From NCBI GenBank assembly GCA_902761035.1, contig CACWIW010000003.1, positions 508-64,507 of the forward strand: a stretch of DNA of 64,000 bases, written 5' to 3'. The first letter of the stretch is position 1; each line of letters begins with the position of its first letter. This DNA is from an uncultured bacterium. GTDB lineage: Bacteria; Verrucomicrobiota; Kiritimatiellia; RFP12; UBA1067. A program made the translations under genes and the position numbers. Below the pieces are notes generated by a model, which saw only the letters and a list, made by a program, of their open reading frames with translations, did no database searches and was not told where the DNA came from. Shown piece after piece: positions 10,128 to 18,225 of this stretch.

Positions 10128-10400
10128 ATGTCCTCGGTTCACACATCGCTTGTAGAAAGAAACCACGCCTGGACGGGCGAGGACGTCCCGTGGCTTCTTG
10201 ACACTGAGGACGACGCGCTGTTGGGCACTCCGGGCACGGACCGCGTCCGCAGGCGCCTTTTCCACTACCTTTCTGGCGGAGGCCTTTCCGCATGCGGGTT
10301 TTCAAGTGCACGCGCCCTCGTGAGTCGGCGCCAGGCACGTTTTCTGACGTTCGCCGGCATTTTTGCCGCGCTGTGGATAATTTTCTGGATTGTACAATAA
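10128..10400 (+). CDS. hypothetical small tail-anchored membrane protein (90 aa)
   Basis: The ORF exactly fills the gap between the two LysM genes. A single C-terminal hydrophobic helix FLTFAGIFAALWIIFWIV is present. I recognise no homology. Confidence 0.35.
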   Translation: MSSVHTSLVERNHAWTGEDVPWLLDTEDDALLGTPGTDRVRRRLFHYLSGGGLSACGFSSARALVSRRQARFLTFAGIFAALWIIFWIVQ

Positions 10401-10411
10401 AGGAGAATAAA

Positions 10412-11176
10412 ATGAAGAAATCGTTCATAACTCTGTTTGGTCTTGCGGCCTTGGTGCCCGCCTGGGCGCAGGACGCCAACGTGATGGAGGCTTCCGCCAG
10501 CGTGCGCACGGCCTACCAGGAACGCCAGGCGCTTGAAGAGGTGCCGCGTCTCGTCCAGCAGTTCGAGGTGCTGGCGAACAACCAGGAGCAGATCGCCGCG
10601 CGTCTTGTGAAGGTCGAGAGCGGCAGCGGCGACACGGAAGAGCTCCGTGCGGACATCGACAAGCTGCGCGGCGAAATCGCCGAGTTGGGCGCGGCCGTCC
10701 GCCGCGACCAGGACGCGATGCGCCGCGAGATCGTGGACGACCTCACGCGCCGCCTGAACGAAATCACCGCGCAGATGCAGCAGAACCAGGCGCAGGCGCT
10801 TGCGCAGATACAGGCGCGGGCTGATTCCGCCCTCCAGGCTGCGGAGGCGGCCGCAAAGGCCGCGCGCGAACAGGCCGAATACACGAAGCGCATAGCGTCG
10901 CGTCCGCCCGCCCCCGCCCCCGCCCCTGCCACGGCTGCCCCGCGCACGGCTGGAGGTGCCCCCGCGAAGCCCGCCGCGCCCGTTTACAACGGCCCCTACT
11001 ATGAACACGTCGTCGAGCCCGGTCAGACTCTGTCCTTCATCGCGAAGGGCTTTGAGACGACCGTGCCGAAGATCCTCGCCGCGAACCCCGGACTCAAGGC
11101 GAACGCGCTTCGTGTGGGCCAGAAGCTGATCATTCCCGCCGAGGAAACGCAGCAGGCCGCGCCGAAGAAGAAGTAG
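10412..11176 (+). CDS. secreted coiled-coil LysM-domain protein
   Basis: AGGAG lies 7 nt before the ATG at 10412. The signal peptide is MKKSFITLFGLAALVPAWAQD. A Q/A/E-rich coiled coil and a Pro/Ala linker follow. The C-terminal LysM is HVVEPGQTLSFIAKGFETTVPKILAANPGLKANALRVGQKLIIP. Confidence 0.75.
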   Translation: MKKSFITLFGLAALVPAWAQDANVMEASASVRTAYQERQALEEVPRLVQQFEVLANNQEQIAARLVKVESGSGDTEELRADIDKLRGEIAELGAAVRRDQDAMRREIVDDLTRRLNEITAQMQQNQAQALAQIQARADSALQAAEAAAKAAREQAEYTKRIASRPPAPAPAPATAAPRTAGGAPAKPAAPVYNGPYYEHVVEPGQTLSFIAKGFETTVPKILAANPGLKANALRVGQKLIIPAEETQQAAPKKK

Positions 11177-11189
11177 TCCGGGGAATTCA

Positions 11190-12176
11190 ATGGACGGTTA
11201 TCCTGAAGTCCGGCTGCGGCGTCTGCGCCGCACGGCGGCGATCCGCGACATGTTCGGAATGGACGCGCCGTCGCCGTCGAAGTTCATCTGGCCCGTGTTC
11301 GTGGTGCCGGGCGAGGGACGCCGCGAGGCAATCGATTCAATGCCCGGCCAATACCGCCTTTCCGCCGACGAGCTCGTGAAGGAACTCGCGCCCGTCGTCG
11401 CGCAGGGCGTGAAGAGCGTGCTGCTCTTCGGACAGCACGAGGGCGACGGCAAGGACGAGTGCGGCACGCCCGCCGCCGACCCGCATGGGGCCGTGCAGCG
11501 CGCGATTCCCGTGCTGCGCCGAGCATATCCCGACCTCGTGATCCTCACGGACGTCTGCCTCTGCGCGTACACGGCGCACGGACACTGCGGCCCTCACGAT
11601 CTCGACGGCGATATCGACAACGACGCCGCCTGCGAGATGCTCGCTCGCGTTGCGGTGAGCCACGCACAGGCTGGGGCGGACGGTGTTGCGCCGTCCGCTA
11701 TGATGGACGGGCAGATCGCCGCGATCCGCCGCGCGCTTGACGACGAGGGCTTCAAGAAGACGTTGCTCATCTCTTACTCCACTAAGTTTGCCTCGCAGAT
11801 GTACGGTCCTTTCCGCGACGCGGAGAACTCCGCGCCGTCGCAGGGCGACCGCCAGGGTTACCAGGCATCGTACCGCGACGCGCGCACCGCGCTGCGAGAG
11901 TCCGATTTCGATGCGGCGGAGGGCGCGGACGCGCTCATGGTGAAGCCCGCTCTCTTCTACCTCGACCTAATACAGGAAGTTTCACGTCGTTCACTGCTTC
12001 CCGTGATGGCGTACAACGTCTCCGGCGAGTATTCCATGATCCACGCCGCCGCCGAGAAGGGGTACTGCGACCTCTACGCTACGGCAAGGGAGTCACTTTA
12101 CGCGATCTTCCGCGCCGGCGCGACGCAGGTGATTTCCTACTGGGCACCATTCTACAAGGAGATTTTCCGTCCATGA
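11190..12176 (+). CDS. hemB: porphobilinogen synthase (delta-aminolevulinate dehydratase)
   Basis: It contains RLRRLRRTAAIRDM, the Cys-rich Zn site DVCLCAYTAHGHCG, the active-site region MVKPAL and YNVSGEYSM, and it is 328 aa. Confidence 0.93.
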   Translation: MDGYPEVRLRRLRRTAAIRDMFGMDAPSPSKFIWPVFVVPGEGRREAIDSMPGQYRLSADELVKELAPVVAQGVKSVLLFGQHEGDGKDECGTPAADPHGAVQRAIPVLRRAYPDLVILTDVCLCAYTAHGHCGPHDLDGDIDNDAACEMLARVAVSHAQAGADGVAPSAMMDGQIAAIRRALDDEGFKKTLLISYSTKFASQMYGPFRDAENSAPSQGDRQGYQASYRDARTALRESDFDAAEGADALMVKPALFYLDLIQEVSRRSLLPVMAYNVSGEYSMIHAAAEKGYCDLYATARESLYAIFRAGATQVISYWAPFYKEIFRP

Positions 12177-13564
12177 CCGCCGTCGCCTCGTTCTGCGCAT
12201 TGTGTTTTCTTCTCGTCTGCGGCAAGGCAGTCCGCACCGCGCTTCCTTTCCTCAGGAAGCTCTACCTGCCTTCGTCCATCGTGGGCGGGGCGCTAGGCTT
12301 GATCATACTCACGAGCGCAGGACGGCACGTGCCGGCGGAATGGCACGAGGGGTGGAAGTCGATACCGGGATTCCTGATCAACATCGTTTTCGCCACGATG
12401 TTCATCGGCAAGAGCTTCCCGAACGTCCGCAACACCGGACGGGCCGTCGCCGAGCAGTTCTGTTTCGCGCAGATAATCGCATGGGGCATGTACGTGGTGG
12501 GCCTTGCACTTTCCATCCTCGTATTCACGCCTTGCTTCGGGGTGCATCCCGCGTTCGGCAACTTGCTCGAAATCGGCTTCGAGGGCGGACATGGCACGGT
12601 GGGCGGCCTATCCGAGACGTTCAACGCGCTGGGGTGGTCCGAGGGAAGCGACCTTGGCTACACGATGGCGACGATCGGAATGGTCATCGGCATCACGGTG
12701 GGAATGACGCTCGTCAACTGGGCGGTGCGGAAGGGCTACGTGAAAAACGTCCGTACCTTCGACGAGCTGAGCGACGTGGAGCAGCGCGGGTTCTATCCGG
12801 CGAACGCGCAACCGCCCGCCGGAAAGCAGACAGTGCTATGCGACTCCATTGACTCCCTCGCGTGGCACCTGGCGGTGGTGGGGCTTGCGGTGTTCGTGGG
12901 CTACGGGCTCAAGTCGCTGCTCGTCTGGGCGGGAGCCTACCTTCCGGATCACGTGCGGGAGCTTCGCATCATCGAGTCCATTCCGCTATTCCCGCTGTGC
13001 ATGATGGGCGGTTTGTTCATCCAGATGCTGCTCGTCGCAACGCGGCTCGATTCGCTCGTGGACCGGGGCCAGATCAACCGCATCGGCGGCGCGTCGCTCG
13101 ACTTCCTCGTGGTGGCGGCCGTGTCAACGATCCGTCTCGACTTCATCGTCAAGTACTGGCAGCCGCTCGCAATTCTCGTGGTGGCTGGCGTGGCGTGGTC
13201 ACTCTTCGGCGCCTGCTGGCTTGCGCGGCGCATGTTCGGCGATGACTGGTTCGAGCGCGCCATCGTGGAGTTCGGACAGTACACCGGCGTGACGGCGACA
13301 GGTTTGCTCCTGCTCCGTACGGTCGACCCCGACTCCAAGACTTCTGCGTCCACCGTGTTCGGCTGCAAGCAGCTTTTCCACGAACCTCTGATGGGAGGCG
13401 TGTGGGTGGCGATGTCGGTGCCGCTCGTGTTCAAGCTCGGCCCGTGGCCGGTACTCCTCATCAGCGTAGGCGCGACGGTGCTTTTCTGCGTTATATGGTT
13501 CATATTCCTGCGTCGCCCCAAGGCCGGGAATGTGGTACAATATGCCGCTTCGAAGAAGGATTAG
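12173..13564 (+). CDS. gltS: sodium/glutamate symporter family (GltS/ESS) transporter
   Basis: This is a polytopic membrane protein. LEIGFEGGHGTVGG and FGQYTGVTATGLLLLR align with the two conserved GltS re-entrant motifs (SGGHGTG... and GFGLGATPTA...). The ATGA overlaps the hemB stop. Confidence 0.75.
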   Translation: MTAVASFCALCFLLVCGKAVRTALPFLRKLYLPSSIVGGALGLIILTSAGRHVPAEWHEGWKSIPGFLINIVFATMFIGKSFPNVRNTGRAVAEQFCFAQIIAWGMYVVGLALSILVFTPCFGVHPAFGNLLEIGFEGGHGTVGGLSETFNALGWSEGSDLGYTMATIGMVIGITVGMTLVNWAVRKGYVKNVRTFDELSDVEQRGFYPANAQPPAGKQTVLCDSIDSLAWHLAVVGLAVFVGYGLKSLLVWAGAYLPDHVRELRIIESIPLFPLCMMGGLFIQMLLVATRLDSLVDRGQINRIGGASLDFLVVAAVSTIRLDFIVKYWQPLAILVVAGVAWSLFGACWLARRMFGDDWFERAIVEFGQYTGVTATGLLLLRTVDPDSKTSASTVFGCKQLFHEPLMGGVWVAMSVPLVFKLGPWPVLLISVGATVLFCVIWFIFLRRPKAGNVVQYAASKKD

Positions 13565-13566
13565 AA

Positions 13567-14985
13567 ATGGCAACTGCAAAGGACATACGGCATTTCAAGG
13601 ATGCCGAGGATTATACGAAGCATTTCGTCGTCCAGGAAGAGATCGACAAATACCTGCCCGGCGGCAAGCATTTCATCGACGAGGATCTGATCAACCGCAC
13701 GCTCGCGGCGGCGGACGCCGCGCCGGTCGACCCGGTGCGCATCCGCGAGATCATCGCCAAGAGCGAGCAGACGTGCGAGACGCTCACCGTGGAGGAGGTC
13801 GCCGCGCTCATGCGCGTGGAGGATCCCGCGCTATTCGAGGAAATGCGCGCGGCGGCGGACCGCATCAAGCACAAGGTCTACGACAACCGCATCGTGATGT
13901 TCGCGCCGCTCTACATGTCGAACCTCTGCGTGAACGGCTGCCGCTACTGCGGGTTCCGCAGCGGCAACGAACACCAGAAGCGCCGCGTCCTCACGATGGA
14001 CGAGCTCAAGGAGGAGATCGACGTCCTTGCGGGCCGCATCGGGCACAAACGCCTCATCGCCGTCTACGGCGAACATCCCACCACGTCCACCGACTACATC
14101 GCCGAGACGATCGAGACCTGTTACAAACGCCAGGTCAAGGCCCCGAAGACCGGCGCGCCCGTGGGCATTCGCCGCGTGAACGTGAACGCCGCGCCGCTTC
14201 CCGTTGCCGACCTCCGAGTGCTGCACGAGGTGGGCATCGGTACGTTCCAGGTGTTCCAGGAAACGTACAACCGCAAGCTCTACGAATCGATGCACCCCGC
14301 GTGGAGCGTGAAGGGCAACTACGACTGGCGCACCACGTGCTTCCACCGCTGCATGGAGGCGGGCGTGGACGACGTGGGCCTCGGTGTCCTCTACGGCCTC
14401 TGCGACTGGCGCTTCGAGCTGCTCGCCACCGTGCTGCACGCGCGCGACCTCGAACGCTGGTTCAACATCGGCCCGCACACGCTCTCGTTCCCGCGCCTGG
14501 AGCCGGCCTCCGGCACGCGCGTGCCGGAGGAGAGTCCGTGGCTCATCGACGACGACACCTTCGCGCGCATCATCGTGATCGCGCGTCTCGCCGTGCCGTA
14601 CACGGGCATCATCGTGACCGCGCGCGAAAGCCCCGCCTCGCGCAACCGCGTGCTGACACACGGCATGACGCAGCTCGACTGCTCCTCCAACATCGCGATC
14701 AAGGGCTACAGCGACTTCGCGAACGAGGCCCACCAGGAGAAGGAGCGCCAGCAGTTCATGCTCGGCGACAACCGCTCCATCGAGGAGATGGTGCGCTATC
14801 TCGCCGACCGCGGCATCATCACGAGCTTCTGCACGGCGGGCTACCGCTGCGGACGCACGGGCGGCTGCATCATGGACGCGCTCAAGACCGGACGCGAGGG
14901 CAAGTTCTGCAAGATCAACGCGGTGCTCACCTTCCGCGACTCGCGGGCATCAAGGAGTGGGTACCGAAGTTCTATCCGTCGGTGA
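13567..14985 (+). CDS. hydG: [FeFe]-hydrogenase maturase HydG (radical SAM tyrosine lyase); the C-terminal ~16 codons are probably out of frame
   Basis: The HydG-type N-region is present (FIDEDLINRTL, RIREIIAKSE, VEDPALFEEM, VYDNRIVMFAPLYMSN). The radical-SAM motif CVNGCRYCGF lies at 13927-13956. The C-terminal cluster region is FCTAGYRCGRTG...FCKINAVLTF. hydF is adjacent. See the finding on the frame change near 14940. Confidence 0.85.
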   Translation: MATAKDIRHFKDAEDYTKHFVVQEEIDKYLPGGKHFIDEDLINRTLAAADAAPVDPVRIREIIAKSEQTCETLTVEEVAALMRVEDPALFEEMRAAADRIKHKVYDNRIVMFAPLYMSNLCVNGCRYCGFRSGNEHQKRRVLTMDELKEEIDVLAGRIGHKRLIAVYGEHPTTSTDYIAETIETCYKRQVKAPKTGAPVGIRRVNVNAAPLPVADLRVLHEVGIGTFQVFQETYNRKLYESMHPAWSVKGNYDWRTTCFHRCMEAGVDDVGLGVLYGLCDWRFELLATVLHARDLERWFNIGPHTLSFPRLEPASGTRVPEESPWLIDDDTFARIIVIARLAVPYTGIIVTARESPASRNRVLTHGMTQLDCSSNIAIKGYSDFANEAHQEKERQQFMLGDNRSIEEMVRYLADRGIITSFCTAGYRCGRTGGCIMDALKTGREGKFCKINAVLTFRDSRASRSGYRSSIRR

Positions 14986-15040
14986 TGAAGCAGTACGAGG
15001 CAACCTGCGCCGGATCGAGAGATTTGTTCTTCTGAGGTCA

Positions 15041-15096
15041 GGACAAAGGACAGAAGACAGAGGACAGAGGTTTGAGGACTTTGGACTTTAGACTTT
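15041..15096. repeat. two adjoining 7-bp microsatellites: (GGACAGA-like) x4 at 15041-15068 and (GGACTTT-like) x3 at 15076-15096
   Basis: Read directly from the sequence. The repeats occupy the hydG-hydF spacer. Confidence 0.8.
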
Positions 15097-15106
15097 GGGA
15101 TAACGA

Positions 15107-16282
15107 ATGGCAGGATTGAATGAGACGCCTAAGGGCGACCGCGTGCATATCGCGTTCTTCGGTTTGAGGAACGCGGGGAAGTCGACGCTCGTCAATCGGT
15201 TGACGGGACAGGACGTGGCAATCGTGAGCGACGTGGCCGGGACGACCACCGACCCCGTCTCAAAGGCGATGGAGATCCTGCCGCTCGGTCCGTGTCTCGT
15301 CACGGACACGGCCGGCCTCGACGACGAAGGCCCGCTCGGAGAGATGCGCGTGAAGAAGTCGCTTGAGGTGCTCGCCACCACCGACATCGCCGTGTGGGTG
15401 GAAACGGGAGAAAACAGGTCAGACCTGTTTTCTCCCGTTTACGCGCGCTTCCTTAACGCATGTCGGGCACGGGACATCGCCGTGTTGCACTACCGACGCG
15501 GCGACGACGTGGAGGCATTCCGCCGCGAACTCGCAGCGGTGCGCCTTGCGGACGCGCCGCGTCCGCTTGTGGGCGACCTCGTGTCGGCGGGCGATCTCGT
15601 GGTATGCGTGTGCCCCATCGACGAATCCGCGCCGAAGGGGCGTCTCATCCTCCCGCAGCAGCAGGTCGTACGCGAACTCCTCGACGCCGGTGCGTCTGCG
15701 CTCGTGTGCCAGCCGCCGCAGCTCGCCGGTCTCCTCGCGCAGTTGAAGCGGCAAGAGTGCCGCTTCCCCGAGAGTCGCGATTCAGGTGTGAAATTCGTCA
15801 TCACCGACTCGCAGGCGTTCAAGGCTGTGGCCGCCGTCGTGCCGCCTGAGATCCCGCTCACCTCTTTCTCGATCGTCTTCGCGCGCGCGAAAGGCGACCT
15901 CGCGGCGTACTGCGCCGGTGCCGATGCGCTTGCTACACTGAAGGACGGCGACCGCGTGTTGATCTCCGAAGGCTGCACGCACCATCGCCAGTGCAATGAC
16001 ATCGGCACGGTGAAACTGCCTAAGTGGATTATGGCGAAGACGGGGAAGAAGCTCGCGTTTGAATGGACAAGCGGCAACTCCTTCCCTGAGGATCTTTCGC
16101 CCTACGCGCTCGTTGTGCATTGCGGCGGCTGCATGCTTATGCGCCGTGCGGTGCAGGCCCGCATTGCGCGTTGCCGCGCTGCGGGCGTGCCGATTACGAA
16201 TTACGGCGTGTGCATTGCCGCATGCAACGGCATTACAGCCTCGCCCGACACATGCATGGTGGCACGTGTCGGTGCGATCTAA
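15107..16282 (+). CDS. hydF: [FeFe]-hydrogenase maturation GTPase HydF
   Basis: The P-loop GLRNAGKST and the G-motifs TTDPV and DTAGLD are present. The C-terminal Fe-S ligands EGCTHHRQC ... VVHCGGC match the CxH...HCxxC pattern. Confidence 0.9.
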   Translation: MAGLNETPKGDRVHIAFFGLRNAGKSTLVNRLTGQDVAIVSDVAGTTTDPVSKAMEILPLGPCLVTDTAGLDDEGPLGEMRVKKSLEVLATTDIAVWVETGENRSDLFSPVYARFLNACRARDIAVLHYRRGDDVEAFRRELAAVRLADAPRPLVGDLVSAGDLVVCVCPIDESAPKGRLILPQQQVVRELLDAGASALVCQPPQLAGLLAQLKRQECRFPESRDSGVKFVITDSQAFKAVAAVVPPEIPLTSFSIVFARAKGDLAAYCAGADALATLKDGDRVLISEGCTHHRQCNDIGTVKLPKWIMAKTGKKLAFEWTSGNSFPEDLSPYALVVHCGGCMLMRRAVQARIARCRAAGVPITNYGVCIAACNGITASPDTCMVARVGAI

Positions 16283-17061
16283 CGCGTGCGGTTGACGAGG
16301 ACGCGCGCTAGTTCGGCAAGCGACGTGACGTCGCCGGGAAGGCCGGAGAGCGCCGCGAGGGCGGCATCGGTTTCCGACTGCACGAGACGCAAAGTCTCGT
16401 CGCGCGAGAAGGGCGAGTCGTCGTCCAGCAGGTCGTCCTCGTACTGAAACGCGAGTCCGAGGTGGTAGGCGTAGAGGCGCAGCTTCTCGACGGATTCGTC
16501 GTCGCCGCCGCCTACGAGCGCGCCCGTCACGGCTGCTGCCATGAAGAGGTCGGCCGTCTTGTGTTCGTAGATGAACGGCACGTCCTTCGTGCCGGGGACG
16601 ATGTCCTCGACCTGTCCGCGCACCACGCCGAGGGCGCAGCGTCCGAAGAACTCAATCATCTTCGCGCGCGCGCCGGTTCGGTGTTCAGGCGTCTGCGCAA
16701 GCGCCGTGAAGGCGAGCGCCTGCAGGGCGTCACCCGCGAGGATGGCGTTCGCCTCGCCGAACTTGGCCCACACGCTCGGTTTCCCGCGCCGTTCCGCGTC
16801 GTTGTCCATCGCAGGCAGGTCGTCATGTACGAGCGTGTATGAGTGGAGAAGCTCCACGGCGCAGGCGGGCAGCAGCGCGTCCGCAGCGGTTCCGCCGGCG
16901 GCGACAGCCGCCGCCAGGCAGATGCGCGGGCGGATGCGCTTGCCGCCGCCTTCAACGGCCCAGCGCATCGCGTCGACGAGGACGCGCGGGCGCCCCTCCT
17001 CCGACATCAGACGGAGCAGTTCGCGCTCTACGCCTTGAATGGCTTCCTCAATCACAGACAT
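16279..17061 (-). CDS. ispA: short-chain trans-polyprenyl diphosphate synthase (FPP/GGPP synthase-like), unusually compact
   Basis: It has GGKRIRP, the FARM motif LVHDDLPAMDNDAERRG, GQVED, KTADL and the SARM motif FQYEDDLLD. It is only 260 aa. Its stop codon overlaps the hydF stop (CTAA at 16279-16282). Confidence 0.8.
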   Translation of the reverse strand: MSVIEEAIQGVERELLRLMSEEGRPRVLVDAMRWAVEGGGKRIRPRICLAAAVAAGGTAADALLPACAVELLHSYTLVHDDLPAMDNDAERRGKPSVWAKFGEANAILAGDALQALAFTALAQTPEHRTGARAKMIEFFGRCALGVVRGQVEDIVPGTKDVPFIYEHKTADLFMAAAVTGALVGGGDDESVEKLRLYAYHLGLAFQYEDDLLDDDSPFSRDETLRLVQSETDAALAALSGLPGDVTSLAELARVLVNRTR

Positions 17062-17075
17062 TTACTTCCCTGGAA

Positions 17076-17314
17076 AATTGTTCACAAATCTCAATTGTTC
17101 ACAAATGCCACCATTTTACCTCTCCATGTTATATCTCACGCAGAGTCGCGGAGAGGCAGAGTTCGCAGAGTTTATCCCCATTGCTTGAGTATGTATTTGT
17201 TTTCACCAATTGGGTGAAAGAACTTTCCGAGATTCTTCTTTTCATGGTTTTCTTCTGCGTGAGACTTTCAGCCGAGGATTTTAGGATGATGGCATTGAAG
17301 ATTTGTGAACAATC
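17076..17314. repeat. composite palindromic intergenic element
   Basis: The terminal inverted repeat is AATTGTTCACAAATC (17076-17090, repeated at 17093-17107) against GATTTGTGAACAATC (17300-17314). Nested inside it, TCTCACGCAGAG... (17133-17172) pairs with CTGCGTGAGACTTTC (17255-17269). There is also a central palindrome TTTCACCAATTGGGTGAAA at 17201-17219. Confidence 0.75.
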
Positions 17315-18185
17315 AACGCTTCTTGTACTCGTCGAGCTGCTTCTTGGCGCAGTTGGTCGTGACCGTCTGCGCGCCGCGTTCGAACGCCTTGAGCGACTCG
17401 TCGAGCTTGTCGACCGTCCACACGTGGAACTCATATCCGGCGTCCTTCACCTTCTTGATGATGTCCGCCGTGATGATCTTGCTGTTGAACTGGCAGTCAA
17501 CGCCGTCCGCGCCGGTCTCCTTGATGCCCTCGATGATGTACTCGGCCGTCACGGGTTTCTTCGCGCCCTTCGGGCCAACATTTGCCCCCGTGAGCCAATA
17601 GACCTTGTACTCTGGCATCAGCTCCTTCAGCTTCTTGCACGTCTCGCGGTTGAAGGCGATGAAGAGCGCGTTCTTGGGCGTCGCGTTCTTCTGCTTCGCG
17701 AACACTTCCTTGATATACGGCACGATCTCCGGGCCGGGCTTCACCTCCACGTAGATCTGGCGTCCATCGCGCGCGAGCGCCAGCACCTCCTCGAGGAGCG
17801 CGGGACGCGTGGGCGAGTACTTCGAGCCTTTCCACTTGCCCCAGCCACCCACGTCGGCCTTGGAGATTTCCGTTTCCCAGTTCGCCTCGGCGCACTTCTT
17901 CGTGCAGACACCGCCGGTCGTGCGCTTGAGGTCGCGGTCGTGGAACGTGAACACGCGCTTGTCGGCGGAGAGATAGATGTCGCACTCGAAGCCGAAGCCT
18001 CGATCCACGGCCATCTTGTACGCGGGCAGCGTGTTCTCTGGCGCGTCGTGGGATTCGCCGCGGTGGCAGATGAACGTCGTGTAGTCGGGCTTCGCTATGC
18101 CTTTGCAGGACTTGGTCTGGCAGCAACCGCCAAACGCAATGGTTCCGGTGGCGATCAGGGCCGCCAATCCAATGATTTTCTTCAT
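17313..18185 (-). CDS. glycerophosphodiester phosphodiesterase (GDPD family), exported or lipoprotein
   Basis: The signal MKKIIGLAALIATGTIAFGGCC is followed by the catalytic region FICHRGESHDAPENTL ... FECDIYLSADKRVFTFHD. Confidence 0.88.
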   Translation of the reverse strand: MKKIIGLAALIATGTIAFGGCCQTKSCKGIAKPDYTTFICHRGESHDAPENTLPAYKMAVDRGFGFECDIYLSADKRVFTFHDRDLKRTTGGVCTKKCAEANWETEISKADVGGWGKWKGSKYSPTRPALLEEVLALARDGRQIYVEVKPGPEIVPYIKEVFAKQKNATPKNALFIAFNRETCKKLKELMPEYKVYWLTGANVGPKGAKKPVTAEYIIEGIKETGADGVDCQFNSKIITADIIKKVKDAGYEFHVWTVDKLDESLKAFERGAQTVTTNCAKKQLDEYKKR

Positions 18186-18225
18186 TTGCTAGTTCCTTTC
18201 TTGTTGTTGTTATGCAGAAAGTAGG

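Noticed and set aside
13402-13566. The ORF-track start of the hydG frame at 13402 was considered.
   Set aside because: It lies inside gltS. HydG homology begins at MATAKDIRHF (ATG at 13567), 3 nt after the gltS stop.
16839-18224. A 461-aa plus-strand ORF spans the ispA start, the repeat spacer and the GDPD gene. Similar shadows lie at 18538-19974 (over lysS), 8902-10509 (over scpB and LysM) and 5999-7039 (over trpS).
   Set aside because: Each is antisense to a gene with unambiguous family motifs. Each runs through non-coding repeats and has a low-complexity Arg-rich composition.
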